From positions 41,714-105,713 of IMG/VR virus record IMGVR_UViG_3300022700_000179: DNA of 64,000 nt; one strand, written 5' to 3'. This document shows positions 20,033 to 28,408 of this stretch, in pieces; the first letter of the stretch is position 1; each line of letters starts with the position of its first letter. A program made the translations under genes and the position numbers. Under the pieces are notes generated by a model that saw nothing but the letters and a program-made list of their open reading frames with translations, was not told the DNA's origin and searched no databases. The stretch comes from a virus.

Positions 20033-20311
20033 TTACATTATAGTAGTCACGTAGAAGCCAGCGACATTACCCTGCAACATCATCACGGCTTCACCTCGCA
20101 ACATCAGACGGAAGCAACATTAATCGAGACGGACACTGTTGGTCTGTCCGGACTCTGCGGTCAGCAACATCATTTCAGAGCGCAGGTTTCGTCCAGGTCG
20201 ACAGCTAACTGGGAGGCAAGATTAACATTGCTTAGTACCTCTCCACGTCCTGAAAGCAATTGACCTGGTTTCAGGTCGTATCTGTTTAACCTGTTTTTGG
20301 AGGAAAGCCAA
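20033..20311 (+). promoter_or_regulatory. Capsid-operon leader: late-promoter-like site, GCAACAT repeats and hairpins
   Basis: TTACATTATAGTAG at 20033; GCAACAT at 20074, 20098, 20114 and 20164; hairpins GGACA..TGTCC (20131-20149) and GACCTG-GTTT-CAGGTC (about 20262-20277). Confidence 0.5.
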
Positions 20312-21067
20312 ATGGCACTGCTTCCCAACGCGTCTGTGAAGACGAAGGTAGACTTCACTCGCAGCCGGTTTGAATGGAAGCGCCAGTTTGAGGTTGCCGC
20401 TACCGCGAATATCGTGGAAGAGGGGTCTCTGCTGCAGCGCATTCCTGACGCCGCCGGTCTGAAAGAGGTGGTCGATCTCAGCACGAATGCAGGTTCCCTG
20501 CGTCCGGCTGGTATTTCCCTGCAATCTCGAATCTCTGCTACCACTTTCGCGTGGGTAGAGGAGGTCGTGGTTCCTAGTGGTGCGCCATACACGGTGCAGC
20601 TCAGCAAGACCAACATCATCGATTCTGGTGGTGGCATCGCTGAGGCCGCTGCGTGGGACTACAACGCATCTGCGTACCTGAATGTAGTAGCGGGTGCTCC
20701 TCTTGGTACTCAGTTTGAGGTTGTCCCTCTAACTGGTCTTACCACATTCAACGTGGCCGAAGCGGGTCACAGCGTTCGTATGATCTACCGCTACAACTTG
20801 ACTGCTATTGAGCGGGATGAGTTGCTGCGGCAGTCGCACGTAAACCGCGGAGCCGAGGATCAGTTCGGTCTCATGACCGTCGCTCAGGGGCACTGCGTGG
20901 TTTACACGACCATGTATGATGCACAAGAGAAGTACCTAGTAGGGGACCAGCTGACTCTCGATAACAACGGTCTGTTCTCTAAGTCTGGGGCTACGAATTT
21001 TGGAGTGGTCATTTCGGTTCCGACCGCTTCCGATCCGTACCTGGGCGTTGAATACGACGCTGCTTAA
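20312..21067 (+). CDS. Head decoration/cement-like structural protein
   Basis: GGAGG SD, immediately upstream of MCP, beta-rich, C-terminal G.V.SVPT..DPYLGVEY; codon style like the MCP. Confidence 0.6.
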   Translation: MALLPNASVKTKVDFTRSRFEWKRQFEVAATANIVEEGSLLQRIPDAAGLKEVVDLSTNAGSLRPAGISLQSRISATTFAWVEEVVVPSGAPYTVQLSKTNIIDSGGGIAEAAAWDYNASAYLNVVAGAPLGTQFEVVPLTGLTTFNVAEAGHSVRMIYRYNLTAIERDELLRQSHVNRGAEDQFGLMTVAQGHCVVYTTMYDAQEKYLVGDQLTLDNNGLFSKSGATNFGVVISVPTASDPYLGVEYDAA

Positions 21068-21092
21068 TAGCTGATCCAAAGGAGACTTTCTA

Positions 21093-22238
21093 ATGAAGAC
21101 TTTCTCACGGAAACCATCTCTTCGGGATCGGCAGGGAAACGATATCGCCCATGGTAAGGCCTTCAAGGCTAACCCCCGTACGGGTAGTATGTCGTTTTCT
21201 GACAGCACGCCGCTGGTCGGATCCAATGGAGAGTACAATGCAGGTAGTGACCGTCAGCTGGCCGAGGTTGTTGACGGTATCGTAAAATTGGCTCGTCGTG
21301 GTGAGATTCACTACGAGGCGGGCACTGAAACCACTGCACAGGATGTGTCAGCCTGGAATCAGGAAGGCCATCTCGTGCAGGCAGCCCTGGCAGAGCGCGT
21401 GCCTTCGCAGGAAGGTCCGTTCCAGGTGCTTGGTGAAGTTTTCACCGACTCCGTTTCTGAAACCATGGGCCGCATGGGCTTCACCAACAAGGTGGTAGCC
21501 CAGCAGGACGTGGCTGAGGGTGGAACGGCACGTGTGCGCATCCGCCAGAAGGATGTCACTTCCTGGCTGATGCTGACCGACGGTCACACCGTTGAGTCCC
21601 TCATCCGTCAGAAGTACATCTATCCACGTGGCTACAACATCGAAACCCTCGTTATGATGGGTGAGGATGAGATCCACGAGGCTGGTGCACAGATCATCGA
21701 GGAAAAGTACAACGATGCGTTGGAAGCCACGATGGTCCGTGACGACAACATTACTAAGTTCCTGCTGGACCAGGCGGCAGACACACAGAATGACGTGATT
21801 GCTTTTAACGCATTCACTCCGAATGTGTTTGTTACCCTGCGTAACCAGATCTGGCAGTGGAGCCTCCCCGTCCCGCATTGCCTTATGGCTATCGACTTGT
21901 GGGACGACTTGTTCGCTGACCAGGACTGGGCACGTTGGTATTCGCCAATCGAGAAGCACGAACTGGCAGTCGAGGGTAAACTCGGTCGGCTTGCTGACAT
22001 CGAGATTATTACCGACGGCTTCCGTTATGACACCTTGCAGGTCCTCGACCCTGGCGAGGTTTACTTCTTGAGTTCTCCAGCAACTCTGGGTGTGAAGGCC
22101 AACATGATCGCGCTGAATAGCACGGTTGTTGACCAGCGCATGCTCGGACGCGCTGCTCGCGGGTGGTTCATCTTCCTGCGGCAGGCAACCATCATCGGTA
22201 ACGCTAATGGCGTTTCCAAGGGTATCCGTCTCTCCTAG
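21093..22238 (+). CDS. Major capsid protein (HK97 fold)
   Basis: AAGGAG SD, 381 aa, C-ending codon bias, EGKLGRL...ITDGFRYDTLQVLDPGEVYFL (recalls RSL1-like MCPs), followed by a terminator. Confidence 0.85.
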   Translation: MKTFSRKPSLRDRQGNDIAHGKAFKANPRTGSMSFSDSTPLVGSNGEYNAGSDRQLAEVVDGIVKLARRGEIHYEAGTETTAQDVSAWNQEGHLVQAALAERVPSQEGPFQVLGEVFTDSVSETMGRMGFTNKVVAQQDVAEGGTARVRIRQKDVTSWLMLTDGHTVESLIRQKYIYPRGYNIETLVMMGEDEIHEAGAQIIEEKYNDALEATMVRDDNITKFLLDQAADTQNDVIAFNAFTPNVFVTLRNQIWQWSLPVPHCLMAIDLWDDLFADQDWARWYSPIEKHELAVEGKLGRLADIEIITDGFRYDTLQVLDPGEVYFLSSPATLGVKANMIALNSTVVDQRMLGRAARGWFIFLRQATIIGNANGVSKGIRLS

Positions 22239-22254
22239 TTCGGAAACCTGATTC

Positions 22255-22291
22255 GTTCCCGGGGGAGCCACAACTCCCCCGGGAACTTTTC
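22255..22291 (+). terminator. Intrinsic terminator after MCP
   Basis: GTTCCCGGGGGAG-CCACAA-CTCCCCCGGGAAC-TTTT. Confidence 0.85.
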
Positions 22292-22384
22292 CTCCCTAGT
22301 TTAGGCTGTTTAATGAGATTCTCCGTGGGATCTGATTAAACGGTCCGAACTCAAAAAGTTCATTCACGATAGTAGGAGTCGCTG

Positions 22385-22567
22385 ATGTCGAATATGCCCC
22401 CCACCAAAATTAAGCATAAAGGCTATACTTACGTGCGTGCCGGTTTGTATAGAACTGCAGATTTAAGTTCTGCTCTACAGTCTGATGTGCTTTTGATAAA
22501 TCAGGTTATGAAGGCTCTGCAGGCCGGTAATCTGGACGAAATAGAGCCAATCTTGAGTCAGCCGTAA
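22385..22567 (+). CDS. Small protein with motif variant
   Basis: AGGAG SD; PPTKIKHKGYTYVRA. Confidence 0.55.
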   Translation: MSNMPPTKIKHKGYTYVRAGLYRTADLSSALQSDVLLINQVMKALQAGNLDEIEPILSQP

Positions 22568-22609
22568 TCAGCCTTAAGAGGTATAAGAATCAACCTTAAG
22601 AGGTGTAAA
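22566..22609 (+). repeat. 22-bp tandem duplication containing an RBS
   Basis: AATCAGCCTTAAGAGGTATAAG / AATCAACCTTAAGAGGTGTAAA, then ATG at 22610. Confidence 0.8.
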
Positions 22610-23269
22610 ATGGGAAATACTCAACAAAAGATAAAGTACAGAGGCGCAACCTACGTCTTGGTAGACAGCGCTCCCCCAAAAGAGATCACCTATAAAGGCG
22701 CCAAATATGTACTGGCAGCCAAGGTACAGTTCACGGAAGAAGAGCGCCGTGAAGCAGAAAAGCAAGTAGTAGAGAAATATGAGCATGGGCAACAACTACT
22801 TGACTTGTGGCCGCGTGTAACGGGGATACTTGATTCTGCTAGGCAGGCATTGGATAATTACGAAAATGCTTTGGCGCAGTCTGCAGAAGCTGCTAGAAAG
22901 GCGTTTTTTGATACTGAGGGTGGACTCAAAGCTATTACGAGGGGCAACTATGACCAACACATCAGTGATCTACTTACCGATCCTGACTATGTCCAAACTA
23001 TTCTCAATAATGTGAGTGATAGGATTGCTAAATCTAGAGCTTTACTGCAGAAGGCCCTCGAATTCAGGCGACTGTTCGAGACAGCCGTTTACACAGAGAC
23101 GAGCAACATGATTGATCCTGACATTGTAGAAGACGTAACTAAACACAAGAAGACAGAAATAGACAAAAATACCCGCAAAAATTTAGAGTATATAATTAAA
23201 CATTGGCCTGAAGACGCCGCGAATAAACTACCGAACGAACTGCGCGAACTGTACAGGAAACTGCACTAG
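22610..23269 (+). CDS. Helical protein with two N-terminal YKG motifs
   Basis: QQKIKYRGATYVLV-DSA-PPKEITYKGAKYVLAA. Confidence 0.65.
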   Translation: MGNTQQKIKYRGATYVLVDSAPPKEITYKGAKYVLAAKVQFTEEERREAEKQVVEKYEHGQQLLDLWPRVTGILDSARQALDNYENALAQSAEAARKAFFDTEGGLKAITRGNYDQHISDLLTDPDYVQTILNNVSDRIAKSRALLQKALEFRRLFETAVYTETSNMIDPDIVEDVTKHKKTEIDKNTRKNLEYIIKHWPEDAANKLPNELRELYRKLH

Positions 23270-23280
23270 GTAGCTGTTTC

Positions 23281-24546
23281 ATGCGACTTTGGCTGGACGA
23301 CGACCCCAATCGTGCCGTACCTTCAGGGGTCGACGTAATAGTACGTACGGCCGACGAAGCAATAAAGTGGATTGCTTCTGGTCAGATAACAGCAGTTTCT
23401 CTGGATCACGATTTGGGTAAATCTTCTGCTAGCTCTCCTGTAGATCCTGGCACCGGTTATGACGTAGCTCGGTGGATTGAGGAAAAAGCGTACACAGGTG
23501 AGTTGCCTCGTATTCAATGGTCAGTGCATAGCGCAAACCCAGTTGGTGCCAAGAGAATGGAGGACGCGCTGAACAACGCAAACCATTTTTGGTCCCAACA
23601 CGAAGATACAGTAAAAGAAGCTGACGGCCGCAATATCTATGAACTTGTTCGTACTATGCCGCCTACCGAGGACGGTGTGATGATCGATACTCTCAATTTG
23701 GCAGGACAAGAGGATGCCATGTTTTCCAAAGATGACGCGTTAAAAGCCGCTGAAGAGCTAGAGATTGACTGGGATGCTGTAGATTTTACACCAGAAGCTC
23801 TCATGAAAGGAATGAACGTAGAGTTGGAGCATGGCACTCGGTATGACGACGCTAACGTGACCGACGACGAGATGCTGCCTACGGCAAAAATTGCTTTGGC
23901 ACATTTGTACGAGTTTGCTGACTACTACGAAAGACTAGAGCGTATGGAGCAGGAGGCTATGAAAGAAACTAGTATTTTACCTGCACATGTAAAATATAAG
24001 GGAGCTGACTACTATTTAGCAGGTAAAGGTCGCATGCCTAAGGAAATGCGGCAGGGATGGGAGTCCGGTGACTGGGCTGAGTTTACCATTCCGGAGACAG
24101 GCGAGCATGGGATGGGAAGGATCATTTGGTTTGTGAAGTATGGTGATAAGGGCGCGGCGGTAATTCCAGTCAAGGCGATAAAAGACGATAGAGGCGAATG
24201 GTGGCCTGTTCCGGGACAGCAGGAGTATCTGCTACAATTAGAAGATTTGAAGCGAATTGATTATCCCGGTGAGCTATTACAGAATATCAAACCTAAGTTC
24301 AAGGAACTATCCCAAGATACAGCCGACATTGCAGGGGACCAACCTACTCTGTTTCTCCATAGAGATCCGGCGACAAAGCACCACTACGTGGAGCATCCTA
24401 GTATTCCTACCGCATCTTCTCTGCCTAGAGTCATTACTTTCGGGGGTGCCAAATACGAACGCTACGTAGAATTTCCAAAATACATACATTTTAATGGTAC
24501 CAAGTACGTCCTAGCAGGTTGCCAAGGTGAACGAGGAGCGATGTAA
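23281..24546 (+). CDS. Fusion: cyclic-phosphate-processing receiver domain (cREC) + DUF5661-like domain + three YKG motifs
   Basis: MRLWLDD..R, SLDHDLG, TGYDVA.W and HSANPVG (cREC); GMNVELEHG..NVT.D..TAKIALAHL.E..DYYERL..ME (DUF5661-like). Confidence 0.75.
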   Translation: MRLWLDDDPNRAVPSGVDVIVRTADEAIKWIASGQITAVSLDHDLGKSSASSPVDPGTGYDVARWIEEKAYTGELPRIQWSVHSANPVGAKRMEDALNNANHFWSQHEDTVKEADGRNIYELVRTMPPTEDGVMIDTLNLAGQEDAMFSKDDALKAAEELEIDWDAVDFTPEALMKGMNVELEHGTRYDDANVTDDEMLPTAKIALAHLYEFADYYERLERMEQEAMKETSILPAHVKYKGADYYLAGKGRMPKEMRQGWESGDWAEFTIPETGEHGMGRIIWFVKYGDKGAAVIPVKAIKDDRGEWWPVPGQQEYLLQLEDLKRIDYPGELLQNIKPKFKELSQDTADIAGDQPTLFLHRDPATKHHYVEHPSIPTASSLPRVITFGGAKYERYVEFPKYIHFNGTKYVLAGCQGERGAM

Positions 24547-25271
24547 TGCCTAGTCAGCGTATAATGTACAAAGGTCAAGTTTACAGACTGGCTGATACCA
24601 GTAACATTAACGTAGAGCAGAAAATTCAAGAAGTTATTCCTATAGTTAAAAAGTATATGCAGTCTGCGGGTATTGGAACTGGGGAGCCTGAATTTGACGA
24701 TTATGATGCTATGGCTATGGCAGACATACTTGTTCATGCTATTTTGCACGCTGAGCTGTTCAACGAGGGACCGTACGAACATAAAGGATTCATCGAATGG
24801 CGTGAGCAGAACTATCCAAAGTCGAAGGTGGGGGCCGGGGTTTACGACGTTGTAATGTATATGGGTATGAATGCTCCTGGGCTCCTAGACAAAGCTGTGG
24901 ACGTATTGAAAGGACCCACAAAGTTTGATGAGGAATCTGCGGCTCCAGATCAAATTAGTTACAAAGGTGCAGTATACAAGCAAGCTGTGCAAGGACAGGA
25001 ACTGAACCCGAGACAGCTAGCGGACAAAATTATTATCCAAGCAGAGAACACGCAAAAAGAACTGAACGAAAAGTTAGCAGTTGCTAAACAGTCACTAGAG
25101 AATGCTGTTTCTAGCGAGGAAAGCGAGACTGCAACCGAACGACTAAGCAACATCTTGAAGGAAGCAGAGTCTGCTTACAACCAAGTTTGGCGGCTGCTGT
25201 ACGCAATGGAAAACTTTGCTACTACAAAGACAACTAACACTGAGGAAAAGAAAGAAGACGAAGAAGAGTAA
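24546..25271 (+). CDS. Two-module protein, each module preceded by a YKG motif
   Basis: PSQRIMYKGQVYRLA and APDQISYKGAVYKQA. Confidence 0.65.
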   Translation: MPSQRIMYKGQVYRLADTSNINVEQKIQEVIPIVKKYMQSAGIGTGEPEFDDYDAMAMADILVHAILHAELFNEGPYEHKGFIEWREQNYPKSKVGAGVYDVVMYMGMNAPGLLDKAVDVLKGPTKFDEESAAPDQISYKGAVYKQAVQGQELNPRQLADKIIIQAENTQKELNEKLAVAKQSLENAVSSEESETATERLSNILKEAESAYNQVWRLLYAMENFATTKTTNTEEKKEDEEE

Positions 25272-27526
25272 TGTCTGTCTTCTCTCTGGACAATAAATCC
25301 TTTTCCGAGTGGCTGGAATCCAATCCAGATTATGATTATGTGCTAGAGTCTCTTCGCAAAGGGGTAGAAGAATTCTATAAAGAGTTTGTGAACGAGGGTA
25401 AGTACTCGGATTGGGTGTTTAATACCGATAACGGTATCAAGTCGACAGTCGGTGATGAATCCCGCCGTCTTTACGACGAATCGAAAGAAATTATCTATTC
25501 TGCGGATCCAAACCAACTACCTAAATTAGCTGGAAACGTGGAGGAAGCCCTCAACTACCTAAAAGATTCTATTGATGGTCGTAACTACATGCATGGCGTT
25601 CCAGCTCGTCTGAAAAGACTTCGACACAGGATTCATGAAATTGTGGACAGGTTTTCACAACCTACAAAGGTGCAAGCAATGCCTTACGACCAGGAGTTAG
25701 GTCCTGAGTACCGATACGAAATTGAGATGACTGGACCGGAGATGGCTCTGTTATCTACTTGGACTTCTGGTATGGGACCTCTATACGCTTTGGTTAGTCG
25801 TTTATACCGTGACCAAGGTCGTGCAACAGCGTCTGAACGTGAGCTAGATGAAGTATTGGATGCGGCAGGAATGACTATATCCGATGCGGTAGAGGGCATT
25901 ACAGAAGATGATAAAGTTGTGGCCCGAGGGATCATCAAGAAACTGAGTAAGGTACTCGATGTTCCTGAGAACGAGTTGCTAGAGATCTCTGCCGCAGCCG
26001 ACTCACCTATCGAATACTACAGGCAGGTTTTTGTAAACACGTTCGACGATTTATATAAGAACCTTTTTGGTCCATATGCTACGTATTTGGTGGAAGACAC
26101 GGGTACGCTAGAATCGGCGGCCCGTCGAGTAAGATACAGGCTGGGGGATCTACGCGAAAATCCTTCAAACAAGCTAGTTGATCAGTTAGAGAGGGATTTA
26201 ACTTCTTTCTATAACGCTTTGGATGCAGGGTTTGCAGCTTCTGGCGATAAACTCAGCTACAAACACCGTGGTTATAGGGAAGTTTTTCGCAGAATACTAG
26301 AAACCATACGAAGGATATTAGGAACAAAAGAGTATGCTGAAGGGGAAGAGCCAGAGCCGCCCCTGCGCTATCCCAACAGACCACCATTTCGTGATATGGG
26401 ACCTTTTAATAGAAAATCCAGCCGCAGTGAAAAGGGAGAGACAAAGATGGAATTACCCAAGGAAATCAAATATAACGGGTTGAAGTATGTACGTGCTGAG
26501 AATCCTGCACGTCCAGAGAAGAGTGCTCTTGATGAGGGGAAGATTCGTAAAGAGCTGGAATCGCAGTTTGGAGGCAATGTCCCCGCGCAGGAGTATAAAT
26601 ACCTCGACACCGTCAGCGGACCGAGCGGTAACCAATCAGACGCAGTAACGGACACTAAAGAAATGAACAAACGCCGTGAGGATGCCCTTAAAGGGAAGGG
26701 CTCAAACGACCAATCTGACCTGAACTCCAATACACCAAACAAGATCAAGTATGCGGGTTTGGTGTACGTGAAGGCAGAACCAGAAAAGCAATCTGCAGCT
26801 ACAACTTTACCTCCGCGAATTAAATACGCAGGTCGTGAGTATGTACGAGTTGGGTACGAGGATGCCGGTGAGTACAAATCGGATGACATGACGACTTGGA
26901 AGCCGGGTGAGGAAAAGGGCAAAAGTAAAAAGCTTGATGACTATTTTAGTCCCAGCGATTCCGGCAAAGCCGACTATTCTGAAAGGATGCCCAACAGCGA
27001 AGTGGATTTCGATAAAGCATCCGAAGGTATCGATCCGGCTTCCAGTGAACCCGGTCCAGAAAAGGGCGGCGGCGAGAACATGCCTAACGAGGAGCAGTCA
27101 AAAGAGACGGCCAAGGGTATGCCACGCCTAGACGGTGATGAGGACCGCATACCGACCGCAGCGAGTTCTCAGCCGCAGAGCATCAACTACGCTGGACATC
27201 GCTACGTTAAGGTAAGCGAGGCAGAGGCACGTAGAATTCTGGCAGCCAAGAAGAAGGAAAAGAAAACGGATCTGCCCAAAGGTTGGTCTAATAAATCTGC
27301 TAAAAAATTCTACGAAGATGCAGGTGCTACTGTTACCAAATGTGCCCGTGAAGTGAAAAAGCTCAAAAAGGAGGGTGACAAGAAATGCAAGGATGTTGAT
27401 GATCCTAAGGCGTTTTGTACTACCCTGGAGGGGCTTTACGATGAAGATGGCGACGAAAAATCCAAGAGCACGAAGTCTAAAGGCAAGAAAGATAACGGGT
27501 CCAAAGACAAAAAATCCAAAAAGTAG
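25271..27526 (+). CDS. Large modular protein with four YxG motifs and an LPKGW..DDP.AFC module
   Basis: Motifs at 26456, 26735, 26810 and 27173; Lys-rich tail. Confidence 0.65.
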   Translation: MSVFSLDNKSFSEWLESNPDYDYVLESLRKGVEEFYKEFVNEGKYSDWVFNTDNGIKSTVGDESRRLYDESKEIIYSADPNQLPKLAGNVEEALNYLKDSIDGRNYMHGVPARLKRLRHRIHEIVDRFSQPTKVQAMPYDQELGPEYRYEIEMTGPEMALLSTWTSGMGPLYALVSRLYRDQGRATASERELDEVLDAAGMTISDAVEGITEDDKVVARGIIKKLSKVLDVPENELLEISAAADSPIEYYRQVFVNTFDDLYKNLFGPYATYLVEDTGTLESAARRVRYRLGDLRENPSNKLVDQLERDLTSFYNALDAGFAASGDKLSYKHRGYREVFRRILETIRRILGTKEYAEGEEPEPPLRYPNRPPFRDMGPFNRKSSRSEKGETKMELPKEIKYNGLKYVRAENPARPEKSALDEGKIRKELESQFGGNVPAQEYKYLDTVSGPSGNQSDAVTDTKEMNKRREDALKGKGSNDQSDLNSNTPNKIKYAGLVYVKAEPEKQSAATTLPPRIKYAGREYVRVGYEDAGEYKSDDMTTWKPGEEKGKSKKLDDYFSPSDSGKADYSERMPNSEVDFDKASEGIDPASSEPGPEKGGGENMPNEEQSKETAKGMPRLDGDEDRIPTAASSQPQSINYAGHRYVKVSEAEARRILAAKKKEKKTDLPKGWSNKSAKKFYEDAGATVTKCAREVKKLKKEGDKKCKDVDDPKAFCTTLEGLYDEDGDEKSKSTKSKGKKDNGSKDKKSKK

Positions 27527-28382
27527 CTCTGTTCAAAGGCGGGCGGTCATAGAAAAATGTGACAAGAAGGATCTTGATCCTGATGAGCCGAAGAGCGAGC
27601 AGAAGTGGTGTTTGTATACTCATGATGGGGATAAGCTTTTAGGTAGGCATCCTACTAAGGAAGACGCTGTGGATCAAGAAAAAGCAATTCATGCAGGGTC
27701 TGCCAATAGACGTATTATGTATAAGGGAGCTACGTACGTCTTGGCAGCGGCGCCTCTTGTTAAAAGTACTAGCGGCTTTCTTGCAGTAGAAATAGGCCCC
27801 ACTACTGCAACGGGCGACATAGTAGAAGCTATACGCATGTTCTTGCAGGACACTAAGCGTGACTATGCAACTATCCAACTTGGTAAGTATCTGGTAGAGA
27901 ACGCTCCCGGCTCAGACTTTGTTGGGGTACGTGGCTTGTACTACAACAGTTTTAACAAGTCTTGGCAGGAAAGCCCCATTCCCTCAGCGCAGTATACGAC
28001 GGGTAAAGAAGACACTGCTGAGCAGATTGTGCAAGATTGGCTAGATGACCGTTGGTCAGCTGGTATGAACGCTACGGGTTCGGTGGCACCTAGGTCGATT
28101 CGTTACAAAGGTGTCAAATATGTCTTAGCTGCCAATCCTGCTATTATGTGGTCGCCCCAAGAAGCGACAGCCATGTTCTTCGAGCAACTTGTATCAGAGA
28201 TGGACAAGCTCAATTCTATGATTGCTGACGCTACGAAAAAGGATCCTAAATCTGGTAACGACTACGTTGTAGTGTGGGCCCAGCCCCTCAATCAGCAGCT
28301 GAAAAAGATAGATACTTACCTGTCTCAAGTGCACAAATCGTTGAAGCAGAATCTTCCAAAGCAGCAGTCGCCTTCTGATTAA
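27441..28382 (+). CDS. Modular protein with EKC..WC module and two YKG motifs
   Basis: GGAGG 9 nt before ATG 27441; NRRIMYKGATYVLAA and PRSIRYKGVKYVLAA. Confidence 0.6.
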   Translation: MKMATKNPRARSLKARKITGPKTKNPKSSSVQRRAVIEKCDKKDLDPDEPKSEQKWCLYTHDGDKLLGRHPTKEDAVDQEKAIHAGSANRRIMYKGATYVLAAAPLVKSTSGFLAVEIGPTTATGDIVEAIRMFLQDTKRDYATIQLGKYLVENAPGSDFVGVRGLYYNSFNKSWQESPIPSAQYTTGKEDTAEQIVQDWLDDRWSAGMNATGSVAPRSIRYKGVKYVLAANPAIMWSPQEATAMFFEQLVSEMDKLNSMIADATKKDPKSGNDYVVVWAQPLNQQLKKIDTYLSQVHKSLKQNLPKQQSPSD

Positions 28383-28408
28383 CCACAGCTTATGGTAGCC
28401 TTACTACT

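Noticed and set aside
20061-20175. GCAACAT repeats as a CRISPR mini-array
   Set aside because: Repeats are only 7-10 nt with irregular 9-43 nt gaps; no cas genes in the window.
21348-22271. 307-aa antisense ORF over the MCP, and similar shadow ORFs over 11584-12168, 14245-15994 and 26368-26922
   Set aside because: Explained by biased codon usage or low complexity of the sense genes; no RBS or recognisable motifs.
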